A DNA stretch of 64,000 bases from Candidatus Sumerlaeia bacterium (GTDB taxonomy: Bacteria > Sumerlaeota > Sumerlaeia > SLMS01 > JAHLLQ01), in the NCBI GenBank assembly GCA_028284075.1, contig JANQSL010000056.1, forward strand, positions 4,564 through 68,563. The letters are read 5' to 3'. Of this stretch, positions 1-8,617 are shown piece by piece. The position numbers were made by a program, and so were the translations under genes. The notes under the pieces are model-generated. The model saw only the letters and a list, made by a program, of their open reading frames with translations. It ran no database searches and had not been told where the DNA came from. Positions within the stretch are counted from its first letter, which is position 1, and each line of letters begins with the position of its first letter.

Positions 1-486
1 GACTCCGACAGGAGTTGTGCTCTCCGGGATTGGAGGAAGTTTTTGTTCAGGAGTGGAAGGAAATCCCTGGTTTCCCGGCAATGTGGAACGCATTGCTTCG
101 TCCTGACTCATTCCGCGGGAGCCACTGATTCTGAGATGGCCTTCCTGCAGCTCCGAGCGATAACTCCTGGGCTTTCCCTCGTTTGCCGCCACTTTGTCAT
201 GCCGGTAGTGCTGATTCATGTTTTCGCGCGCACGCTCCCGTGAGGCTCGGCGTTTGGCTTTGCTTCGCATATGGTCGTATTCGTGACCGTACGGGCTGCT
301 GTAACTGCTGATGGAACCGTAGTTATTCGTAAAACGCGCTTCGCTCCAGCCGTCATCGATCCTCGCTTCTCGAAAGACCGGACCTCCGTAGCCAATGGAA
401 CCGTAGTCGTTGGCAGGCGCAGCGACCGCCAGAGCCGGCAATAGTGCGAGGATTGCTGCTTTCTCACGAAAGCTTCGTTTAGTCAT
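1..486 (-). CDS. Partial gene for a small secreted protein. The N-terminus lies in the window and the gene runs off the window start. Deduced N-terminus MTKRSFREKAAILALLPALAVAAPANDYGSIGYGG...
   Basis: Hand translation of the minus strand from an ATG near 486 gives a signal-peptide-like N-terminus and an open frame to position 1. It is absent from the ORF track because it has no in-window stop. It overlaps the stop of the upstream gene by about 8 nt. Confidence 0.3.
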   Translation of the reverse strand, partial: MTKRSFREKAAILALLPALAVAAPANDYGSIGYGGPVFREARIDDGWSEARFTNNYGSISSYSSPYGHEYDHMRSKAKRRASRERARENMNQHYRHDKVAANEGKPRSYRSELQEGHLRISGSRGMSQDEAMRSTLPGNQGFPSTPEQKLPPIPESTTPVGV

Positions 487-1237
487 TCGATCTCTCCCTG
501 CCAGCTACGATTGGAACCAGATCCACTTGCTCCGCGGAAGCGGGCGGTGAAAACCGAAAATGTTCTGTGGGATAGGATTGAGGAAAATCCACGCTTATAA
601 CTTCGAGGCGATACTGAGGTTCGCCCGGAAGTGATTTGTAGTCGATAACGAGTTTTTGCGGCAGCATCGTTCCATCAGTCCTGATCCAGAATTGAAAATC
701 CACACCTTCGTTTGAAAACGCAAGGTGGTGGCAATCATGTCCGCCGGTTGCATGTCTGCCAACGTATCTTCCGTCATCCGCATTGTTTAGAATTCGTGCC
801 GCCAGATCGTTGGAGGCCATATCAGCGGCTGGAAGGTGTACGCCCAGAATTTCCTCGGCGTGCTCAAGCATGCCGTCGATATCCGATTCGATTTCGATGC
901 TTCCCCAGACCTTCCTGTCCGGCAGAAGGATGAATGTGGTTGCTCCGTCATACCAGGCCTCCGTGTTTCTGAGGTCTCCGGTGGCTTTCACGCGAATTTG
1001 ATTCGGACGCTCGACTTCGACTGTTCGATGATGCTCGTATTGGATTTTCTGTCCGTTTTCATCAAGAACGTCGATCGTGTCACGAAGGGTAAAGCGAACT
1101 CTCTCATGAGCCGCCAGCCACTCAGACGCTTGCCTGATGATGTCTTCCGCCTCCCTTTCGACATCGGCCTCGACGGGTGTCATGATTCCAACTCCAATTG
1201 CGAGTAATGACGCTGCTGCAATGCGGGATCTTGCCAT
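479..1237 (-). CDS. Exported LolA-like periplasmic protein (DUF2092-like)
   Basis: ORF 479..1315. The likely start is the internal MARSRIAAASLLAIGVG signal peptide preceded by GAGGAG. Family call is by sequence pattern only. Confidence 0.55.
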   Translation of the reverse strand: MARSRIAAASLLAIGVGIMTPVEADVEREAEDIIRQASEWLAAHERVRFTLRDTIDVLDENGQKIQYEHHRTVEVERPNQIRVKATGDLRNTEAWYDGATTFILLPDRKVWGSIEIESDIDGMLEHAEEILGVHLPAADMASNDLAARILNNADDGRYVGRHATGGHDCHHLAFSNEGVDFQFWIRTDGTMLPQKLVIDYKSLPGEPQYRLEVISVDFPQSYPTEHFRFSPPASAEQVDLVPIVAGRERSND

Positions 1238-1262
1238 TTGGGTTCTCCTCAATTCGGGTTCC

Positions 1263-1862
1263 TCAGGTTTTGTCCGGAGATTCAAGCCCGGACTTCGTTG
1301 CGGAACCCGGGACAAGGTGGAGTTGAATGTAGTTGTAAATCAAACGTGACTTCTGATCGTTTCCGTATGTTCCAACACGAATCTCCAGACGTGTTGTGGA
1401 TGGTGTCAGCGCTTCAAGGCGAACGATAACGCTCTCGCTGTCACTGGTCCATGCTGATACCCGGCCTCCCAGCGAGTCATAGTTGCCGAGCGGAGTGCTG
1501 AAGTGCATTTGAGCGAAAGCTTCTCTTGTGGCGGTGAAGGCCTCTGCAACCGTGGCCTCTTCCGTTGCAACAAAGTCACCATCTGAAAACCAGCCTCTAA
1601 CTCCTGAAGTCACGGAGCCGACGCCACGTTTTCCGGTTTCCGCCGCATCTCCCGCCGCATCCACCACACCTTCACCGGCCTTGTAGGCCCCGTAACCCCC
1701 AAGCCCAAGCGCTGTGGCGCCAACCACGAAGCCACCAACAATTAATCCGCAGCCGGTAAGACACAGACAGGTGAACATCATCGTTGCATGACGGCCAATT
1801 CGTATCGCTGAAGAGAGAAGCTTGCCGCGCATAAGGCCGGTGTGATCCTTTATACTCATCAT
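1263..1862 (-). CDS. Putative lipoprotein or membrane-anchored protein (DUF3568-like)
   Basis: ORF 1263..1985. The internal start MMSIKD... is followed by an MMFTCLCLTGC lipobox-like motif and a Gly-rich hydrophobic segment. Confidence 0.5.
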   Translation of the reverse strand: MMSIKDHTGLMRGKLLSSAIRIGRHATMMFTCLCLTGCGLIVGGFVVGATALGLGGYGAYKAGEGVVDAAGDAAETGKRGVGSVTSGVRGWFSDGDFVATEEATVAEAFTATREAFAQMHFSTPLGNYDSLGGRVSAWTSDSESVIVRLEALTPSTTRLEIRVGTYGNDQKSRLIYNYIQLHLVPGSATKSGLESPDKT

Positions 1863-1902
1863 GCCGGATGTGTCGGGTGGCAGGGCTGGCTGGCAGCTGC
1901 CA

Positions 1903-2613
1903 TCAGTAACCGCCATCCGCTTGGCGTTCCCGTTCCAAACGCTCTCGCATGCGGCGGGCCCAAAGTTGATAGGCGTCCTTGACATCTCCCCATTGCTTCA
2001 GAGACCCACGGAGAGCTTTTGTGCCGGATCGCTCGTCTACACCCGCAAGCAGGCGTTCTCCGGTGACTGAATCCAGAAGCTCGGCCTCCGCCCTTGCTTT
2101 CCCGACGGCCGTTGATGTGTCCGCTGCAAGCTGAATGCCACTGGTGAGCAGTCTGGTCTGAGGAATCAGAGCCGTTGCGGCATCCAATACGACCTTTGAT
2201 CCGCGCGCTTCAGTGATAGCCGCCCGCAGCCTGAGAACCCCGGGGCCTGCTTCCCGCACGATGACATAGTCCTGGCTCAGCTCCTGAACGATGGCATCGT
2301 GAAAGCAGGCGGCGAGGGAGAGAGTTTCCTCCTTGTCAAGCTTCTCAAGTGCCGAATCCTCGGCAACAATGATCAGGATGGAATCGACAAGAACTTTGTC
2401 ATAAGCCGTAAAATCCACTTCCGGATTAACGTAAACGAGCTGGGCTTCGCCACTGCCACTTTCCTCAAAGATCGAATAGTCTTCGAAGAAGCCGGAAGTC
2501 TCAACAGACCGACCCTGACGTGTCGTGCTGCAGCCGCACAAAGCGATAGCGGAAAAAAAGGGAAAAACGACACGAAACAAAGCCAATAAATGGGTCTTGT
2601 CGGATGGGACCAT
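1903..2613 (-). CDS. DUF3313-like lipoprotein
   Basis: ORF 1903..2682. The internal start MVPSDKTHLLALFRVVFPFFSAIALCGC has a lipobox. Same strand as the two preceding exported-protein genes. Confidence 0.55.
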   Translation of the reverse strand: MVPSDKTHLLALFRVVFPFFSAIALCGCSTTRQGRSVETSGFFEDYSIFEESGSGEAQLVYVNPEVDFTAYDKVLVDSILIIVAEDSALEKLDKEETLSLAACFHDAIVQELSQDYVIVREAGPGVLRLRAAITEARGSKVVLDAATALIPQTRLLTSGIQLAADTSTAVGKARAEAELLDSVTGERLLAGVDERSGTKALRGSLKQWGDVKDAYQLWARRMRERLERERQADGGY

Positions 2614-2796
2614 GTCGTTTGGTTTCCTGACTGCATTGCTCTTGAGACAAATTTGCCGGAAATCAGCGGATCCCGCGCACATTCGGCAACGGCTTCACCG
2701 AATTGTCGTGGCGGAGTTTTTTGTTACAGCAACGCATCTTCAGCACTTGCCCCACAATTGCATTGAAGCATGATTGTATCAATATAAGTAGTCTCC

Positions 2797-3552
2797 ATGA
2801 TGAGAATGTCAAACAGAACCGGGATTGTGAAACTGGACGGCCTTGCCGGCCGGGCGGCGCAGAGGCTTGGCACCGTCGGGGATCGCTACTGGATCATGCT
2901 AATCCTCCTTTTCACGGTGATTCTTGCGGCGCCGTTTCTGAGTGGACTTGGCTTTAATTTCCTGCTGCTGTTCGCCCTGATTTCGACCGTTTCGAGCCTG
3001 GTGAGCGGAGACAGGAATCTGCATTTGATCCTGCGTGCTCTCTCCACCCCGCTGCTTCTGTTTTTTGTTCTGGCGTTTATTGCGCCGACGAAGACCGTCA
3101 GGCTGATGGAGACGGTTCCCCGGCTTGAGGTTTTCCTCTGGACCCTTGGGATTCTTTTGATTCTCGGCTGCGGGCTACTCATTCTCATCGCTCTTTTGCA
3201 CGTTCGTGAGATTACGCCTGCAGACATTGCAGGGGTGGCGAGCCTCTACCTGTTGATCGGATTTCTCTGGGCTCACTTTTACAGTATCCTGGAATACAGT
3301 GTGCCAGGGTCGTTTTCCATGCCCGACACGGCTGACCCTTTTGCAGGAGCCTGGACCGAGCGGGACTATAATGACAAACGGCTGCTATACTATAGTTTCA
3401 TCACCCTCCTTACAGTCGGATACGGTGATATTATTCCTCAAAACTCACTGGCATCCTCCCTCGCCGTCCTCGAAGCAGTGGTGGGTCAGTTGTTTATCGT
3501 GATCGTGGTGGCCACGATTCTCTCCAAGCGGCGGAAGCACAGTTTTGCGTGA
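2797..3552 (+). CDS. Potassium channel family protein (Ion_trans_2)
   Basis: A TVGYGD selectivity-filter motif, with hydrophobic helices before and after it. Confidence 0.8.
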   Translation: MMRMSNRTGIVKLDGLAGRAAQRLGTVGDRYWIMLILLFTVILAAPFLSGLGFNFLLLFALISTVSSLVSGDRNLHLILRALSTPLLLFFVLAFIAPTKTVRLMETVPRLEVFLWTLGILLILGCGLLILIALLHVREITPADIAGVASLYLLIGFLWAHFYSILEYSVPGSFSMPDTADPFAGAWTERDYNDKRLLYYSFITLLTVGYGDIIPQNSLASSLAVLEAVVGQLFIVIVVATILSKRRKHSFA

Positions 3553-3587
3553 TCTTGCGATTATCGACCCTTGCGGAGTTTTGCCAG

Positions 3588-4802
3588 ATGCATGAAATTC
3601 TTGTTAACGACAGACGGGTTCTCATTATCAGCATCATGGTGCTCGGACTCGGCGTCTGGCTCACCGGCAGAATTCCAACGCTCAGGAAATTCAATGTTCC
3701 GGCAGCTGTGACCGGCGGTTTGATTTGCAGCGTGGCCATGGCGCTTGTGCGATGGCTGCTCCAGGTCGAAATTGTTTTTTCAGCGGATCTTCGAAACCTG
3801 CTCCTTCTTGTCTTCTTCAGCACGATCGGCCTTTCCGCAAAGGCGAAACTCCTTCTCAATGGCGGAAAAACACTCGTTGTTCTTCTCGTTCTTGCTGTCA
3901 TCTTTCTTTTTGTACAAAACGCCTGTGGTGTATTTGTTGCCGGACTCTTTGGAGTTCACCCGGCTTTCGGTCTGATGGGAGGCAGCGTTTCCTTCGCGGG
4001 CGGACACGGGACTGCAATCAGTTATGGAGATGCTTTCGCCACGAGATTTGACTTGAAAGGAACGATGGAGGTCGGAATCGCCTGTGCAACAATGGGTCTT
4101 GTGGCAGGCGGAATTGTCGGGGGGCCTCTTTCCGAGAGACTGATAAGGATACATCGTCTTGCCGGAGATCGCGGTGCCGTTTCCTATTCTCCGGGAGCGG
4201 AGGACAGCGGGAAAAGCGTTCCCGTTACCATGGATGGTATGATCCTTGCCATCTTTCTGATCACTTTGTGTCTTGGAATCGGCGAGATTTTCGGCTTCTG
4301 GCTGAAGAAGTTTGGCATGACGGTTCCGTCTTTTCTACCGGCCCTCTTCGCGGGAATTCTGATTACCAATGGCATCGATCTCCTCAGGCTTCCCGTGTCC
4401 GATTCACAGGTTAATTCCGTGAGCCTTGTCAGTGACGTCAGTCTTCAGATCTTTCTCTCCATCAGTCTGATGAGCATGCAGCTATGGACAATCGCCAATT
4501 CCCTTCTGCCATTGACAGTTCTGATGCTTCTTCAAACATTCGCGATTACTTTCTTTGCGGCGAGATTGATCTTTCGCATCATGGGGAAGGACTATGACGC
4601 GGCAGTCATTAGTGCCGGATTCGTAGGTCTCGGTCTGGGAGCAACGCCCGTAGCCATCGCCAACATGAATGCGCTGACCAAGAAATATGGTGCTTCGCCC
4701 AAGGCTTTTCTGGTCGTCCCGCTTGTGGGCGCCTTTTTCATCGACATAGTCAACAACGGCATTGTTATCCCGGTCTTTCTTGGGCTGCCGTTCTTTAAGT
4801 AG
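3588..4802 (+). CDS. gltS: Sodium/glutamate symporter GltS
   Basis: A ~400 aa polytopic protein with a GltS-family pattern. The start MHEILVNDRRVLIIS was chosen inside ORF 3549..4802. Confidence 0.8.
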   Translation: MHEILVNDRRVLIISIMVLGLGVWLTGRIPTLRKFNVPAAVTGGLICSVAMALVRWLLQVEIVFSADLRNLLLLVFFSTIGLSAKAKLLLNGGKTLVVLLVLAVIFLFVQNACGVFVAGLFGVHPAFGLMGGSVSFAGGHGTAISYGDAFATRFDLKGTMEVGIACATMGLVAGGIVGGPLSERLIRIHRLAGDRGAVSYSPGAEDSGKSVPVTMDGMILAIFLITLCLGIGEIFGFWLKKFGMTVPSFLPALFAGILITNGIDLLRLPVSDSQVNSVSLVSDVSLQIFLSISLMSMQLWTIANSLLPLTVLMLLQTFAITFFAARLIFRIMGKDYDAAVISAGFVGLGLGATPVAIANMNALTKKYGASPKAFLVVPLVGAFFIDIVNNGIVIPVFLGLPFFK

Positions 4803-4856
4803 CCAGGGGATACGTGAACGTGTTCAAACAATTCAAATTCTTGAGGAGAACACCAC

Positions 4857-5756
4857 ATGCCCAACATTACTGAGGGACTCACAAGTCAGCAGAAACAGGT
4901 TCTCCGATTTCTGGCGGAAGCCCGAACCGTTCAGGCGGGCGATATTCTGTTCCAGGAAGGTCAGCCTGCCCAGGGTTGCTTTCAGGTTCTGGCGGGTGAG
5001 GTGGAAATCCTTGCAAAGGATAGTGACGACAAACCCTTTGTTGCAATAACTGCAGGTGATGGAGATCTGTTCGGTCTCGGAGGAGCCCTCGATACGGCGA
5101 TGCTTCGTCCGGTAACGGCGCGAGCCACGCGGATGACCTCTCTGCTGGAACTGCCCGTGAATCCCGTCAAAGTGTTTCGCGAATCCTTTGGACCGGCTCC
5201 CGCTTCACTTCTCCTTCACAATGTCGTGAAGGCTGTTTGTGAAACATTTTACCGGATGGTCGATTCATCGGTCAGGCTGCCGACGTTTCGGCAGAAGTCT
5301 TTTCCATCCGCAGCAGCATTTCAGGGTGAGTGGCTTGGAAAAATCGAAGCTGCCGTTCCGAAGGGTATCCTGCGCTCACTGTTTGGAGAGAGGACATGGG
5401 AAGCTGGCAAAGCAATCCTGCCACAGGGAACAATCAGCGATCATTTTTATTACATGGATGAGGGAACCGTTGAATGCATCAGAGTTATCAAGGGGATTCG
5501 CACCTCGATGGCAACTCTGAAAGCGCCCTCAACGTTCGGTCATCTCAGTTTCTTTTCCAATGCTCCCCAGCCTTTTGGAACGGTTGCTGTTACACCGGTC
5601 AAGGCACGGGGATGTTCGCGCCGGGATTTCGAATCCTTTCTTCGACAAAAGCCTGAGGCCGCCATTGAGCTTCTGGATGCGCTGGTCAATCTGCTTCTTT
5701 CCCGTATGGCCGGAGAAGAGAAACGTCTTTCGTCAATAGTAGCGAAAGAAGAATAG
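4857..5756 (+). CDS. Tandem cyclic-nucleotide-binding domain protein
   Basis: Two cNMP-binding modules: FGLGGAL...RPVTARAT and FGHLSFF...ARG. RBS GGAGAA upstream. Confidence 0.8.
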   Translation: MPNITEGLTSQQKQVLRFLAEARTVQAGDILFQEGQPAQGCFQVLAGEVEILAKDSDDKPFVAITAGDGDLFGLGGALDTAMLRPVTARATRMTSLLELPVNPVKVFRESFGPAPASLLLHNVVKAVCETFYRMVDSSVRLPTFRQKSFPSAAAFQGEWLGKIEAAVPKGILRSLFGERTWEAGKAILPQGTISDHFYYMDEGTVECIRVIKGIRTSMATLKAPSTFGHLSFFSNAPQPFGTVAVTPVKARGCSRRDFESFLRQKPEAAIELLDALVNLLLSRMAGEEKRLSSIVAKEE

Positions 5757-5931
5757 GAGGAGGACGGGTTGGATTTGTCTGTGAAAGGCGGACTGGAACC
5801 ATCGCGGCAAACGGGAGTTGACTCTGCCAGTTCCATTCCGCTTATATCATTGGCAAATCTGTAACGCCGCAGAAACGGAACCATTGTCTTTATTCCTGTT
5901 CCGTGGAATTCAACTCGCGGAGTTTATCAAA

Positions 5932-6615
5932 ATGCTGAAGCTGCCGTGCGTTTCGAGAGGATGTAGACCGGTGGGCGGGTTCACCTTGGTGGAACTACTG
6001 GTTGTCGTTGGAATTATCGGTATTCTTGCAGCCATTGCCGCTCCAAATTATCAGTCAGCCGTCGTGCGCTCGAAAGTGGCGCGTTTTCATGCAGACGGAA
6101 GAGCGGTCGAGTATGCAGTGGAATCATACAATGCGGAGTTTGGCTCTTATCCCGCTCCCGATCTTTATCCGGTCAACAGCGATTGCGACAACTGGGAAAA
6201 CCACCCTTCGGATCCTTACAGAGGCTATCTGACGCGCCGGCTCACCACCCCAACCACATATCTGTCAAAACTTCCTGTCGACGTTTTTCAGAACCAGACA
6301 GATGAAGGGAGCTGTTTCCCCGAACGCAAACGCCCACCCCTGTTTTCCAATGATCGCTTTAATCGCGACGTCTGGGGTACCGGGAGTCTCCGCGGAAACT
6401 ACACAAGCTGGAGCTGGGAAGCCCTGAAGCTTATAAATGTGTCTTTCGAACAGGGCGATAACCCGGCAGTCTGGATGGTGTTCAGTCCCGGCCCTGATCT
6501 TGACAGAGACACCGACATGACGGAGCCCGTTCATTACGATCCGACGAACGGGACTGTTTCGAGTGGTGATATCTATCGATACGGCCCGGGACTTGGTATC
6601 CCCGAGGACCGCTAG
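5932..6615 (+). CDS. Prepilin-type N-terminal cleavage/methylation domain protein (type II secretion / type IV pseudopilin-like)
   Basis: GFTLVELLVVVGIIGILAAIA is a class III signal peptide with G-1, F+1 and E+5. Start taken at MLKLPCVS inside ORF 5818..6615. Confidence 0.75.
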   Translation: MLKLPCVSRGCRPVGGFTLVELLVVVGIIGILAAIAAPNYQSAVVRSKVARFHADGRAVEYAVESYNAEFGSYPAPDLYPVNSDCDNWENHPSDPYRGYLTRRLTTPTTYLSKLPVDVFQNQTDEGSCFPERKRPPLFSNDRFNRDVWGTGSLRGNYTSWSWEALKLINVSFEQGDNPAVWMVFSPGPDLDRDTDMTEPVHYDPTNGTVSSGDIYRYGPGLGIPEDR

Positions 6616-6632
6616 GCACAGGAGCCTTTTTC

Positions 6633-7244
6633 ATGAAACAACTCAGGACGCATGTGATGCTGCTTTCCGTCGGCGGTATTCTCAACATCGCTCTCGGTCT
6701 TGCCATCCTCATCCTTCCACAGTTTCTCGGTCGGCAAACGCTGGCGGGTACAATTGAAACTCTCATGGCGGTGTTTTTGATTTCGACCGGGATCATTCAG
6801 GCCATTCATTTCGCGGCGGGTGGTGACAAGGATCTTCGAAGTTTCGAAATCGTTCATTCGATGGTGACACTGCTGGCCGGTATTACGATTCTTGTCGCGG
6901 CTCCGGACGGCAATCTGACCTGTACAACGATCGTTGCAACTTACTTTGGAATCAGCGCGGCTTTGCTTTTCGGAGCGGCGGTTCGCGTTCGAGGCAAATA
7001 CTACTTTCCTCATATTCTGGCCCATGGACTGTTAGCCGTGGTTCTTTCCGTTATGATCTGGGTCGTTGCCAGCGGCTTTTCCGGCCGGATGATCGCTTCA
7101 CTTATTGCCGTGCATTTTGTGGCTCGCGGAATTGTGAATTTTATGTGCGCCGAACGCGCTTTGATCGAGGCGGCCGAGGTTGCAACGGCTTCCGGTGCCG
7201 CAGCCGCTCCTGCCACGAGTGGGGCTGAGCCGGCAACAGGCTAG
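6633..7244 (+). CDS. HdeD/DUF308 family membrane protein
   Basis: A small protein of repeated hydrophobic helices with the family pattern GILNIALGLAILILPQF. Confidence 0.65.
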   Translation: MKQLRTHVMLLSVGGILNIALGLAILILPQFLGRQTLAGTIETLMAVFLISTGIIQAIHFAAGGDKDLRSFEIVHSMVTLLAGITILVAAPDGNLTCTTIVATYFGISAALLFGAAVRVRGKYYFPHILAHGLLAVVLSVMIWVVASGFSGRMIASLIAVHFVARGIVNFMCAERALIEAAEVATASGAAAAPATSGAEPATG

Positions 7245-7264
7245 AAATACCGGAGTCGATTCCG

Positions 7265-8617
7265 GTGAATTTGAGCAGGTTTTGGAATAAGGGATCTGTG
7301 CGCATGTTTCAAATGGGCGGTTTGAGAATGTCCTGGTTCAGTCAGCGGGTTCAGTTGGTGTCACTCCTGTACCTGGCGGTGGTATTGGTTGGATGTGGCG
7401 AATCCGAGCCTTCCGAAGAGACCGGTCCGCGTCCGGTCAAACTGCTGCAAGTTCAGCCGGTCGCGATGATGGTTGACAGAGAGTTTCCCGGCCGGGCGAA
7501 AGCTGTTCAGTCAGTTGACCTTTCCTTCAAGGTTTCCGGTCAGGTTACCAAACTGCTTTCGGAGGGAGTACGTGCCGCCGAAGGAGAGCTTCTCGCTGCC
7601 ATTGATCCAAGAGACTATCAAACAAGAGTTGAAGGAATTGAAGCGAATCTGGCTCAGGCCCAGGCCCAACTGACAGCCCTCAGGACCGGGGCTCGTCCTG
7701 AAGACGTGTCCCGTCTTAAATCCGCCGTCCGCGCCCGCGACGCGGAGTTCAACGAGGTTAGTGTTCGGAGACAGCGGAACAAACAACTCCTGGACGACGG
7801 AGTTGTTTCCCAGCAGGAGTACGATCAGGTGCAGGCAGAGTACGATGTTGCCGAATCCAATCTTTTGTCGGCAAAAGAAGACCTGGAGATCGGACTGAAG
7901 GGTGCCCGGGAGGAGGATATTCAGGCTCAGGAAGCGCTCATTCAGGGACTGGCGGCTCAACTCCGCGAAGCGAGCGACGCACTGGATGACACACAGCTTC
8001 ATGCCCCATTCGACGGAGAGGTGGCTGTGACCTATCCCGATAGTTTTGAGGAGGTGCAGGCGAACCAGCCCATCCTGAAGTTTCAGGACGTGTCACAGAT
8101 CAAGATCGACATCGATATCTCGGAACGGGACATGGCCACGGGAGCCTCGAGAGGAGCTTCAATTGAAGAGGTTGCGAAAGCCGTCAATGCGGTTGCGATT
8201 TTCACAGCCCTGCCGGGTCGTGAGTTCGCGGTTCAGGTAAAGTCGTTTGAGACAGAAGCGGATCCTCTCACTCAGACGTTCACCATCACACTTGTTATGA
8301 ACCAACCGGAGGGAGACCCGATTCGCCCCGGAATGAACGCCACCGTCAAGTCTCGAGCCAATCCGGCGGGACCCGACAATGAGGGGATATACATTCCTTC
8401 CGCCGCCATCTTCGCGGACTCTGATGGAACAAAGCTGGTCTGGATTGTTGAGGATGGAAAGGTGATGAAGCGGGCAATCGCCGGTGATGAAATTCTGGGG
8501 GGAAGCATGCACGTCACGGACGGGTTGCAGGCAAACGAGGTGATTGCCGTGTCGGCCGTTCAGACACTGGTAGAGGGCCAGAGGGTCCGTAAAATGACGG
8601 ATCTGAAGGAACTCTGA
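7265..8617 (+). CDS. RND efflux periplasmic adaptor subunit (membrane fusion protein)
   Basis: LVGCG lipobox, coiled-coil hairpin and beta-barrel pattern. Its stop overlaps the start of the RND pump gene. The true start may be 7304 or 7328. Confidence 0.9.
   Translation: MNLSRFWNKGSVRMFQMGGLRMSWFSQRVQLVSLLYLAVVLVGCGESEPSEETGPRPVKLLQVQPVAMMVDREFPGRAKAVQSVDLSFKVSGQVTKLLSEGVRAAEGELLAAIDPRDYQTRVEGIEANLAQAQAQLTALRTGARPEDVSRLKSAVRARDAEFNEVSVRRQRNKQLLDDGVVSQQEYDQVQAEYDVAESNLLSAKEDLEIGLKGAREEDIQAQEALIQGLAAQLREASDALDDTQLHAPFDGEVAVTYPDSFEEVQANQPILKFQDVSQIKIDIDISERDMATGASRGASIEEVAKAVNAVAIFTALPGREFAVQVKSFETEADPLTQTFTITLVMNQPEGDPIRPGMNATVKSRANPAGPDNEGIYIPSAAIFADSDGTKLVWIVEDGKVMKRAIAGDEILGGSMHVTDGLQANEVIAVSAVQTLVEGQRVRKMTDLKEL

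Noticed and set aside
216-467. Minus-strand ORF of 83 aa from the track
   Set aside because: Low-complexity, basic translation. A different frame on the same strand encodes a convincing signal-peptide protein that runs off the window edge, so this ORF is treated as a frame artefact.
4815-4826. 12 bp palindrome TGAACGTGTTCA upstream of the cNMP-binding protein gene
   Set aside because: Roughly 15 perfect 6+6 palindromes are expected by chance in 64 kb. It does not match CRP or FNR consensus sites. Not reported as a site.
7249-7266. Hairpin ACCGGA-gtcgat-TCCGGT after the HdeD-like gene
   Set aside because: A short stem with no downstream U-tract. Insufficient for a terminator call.
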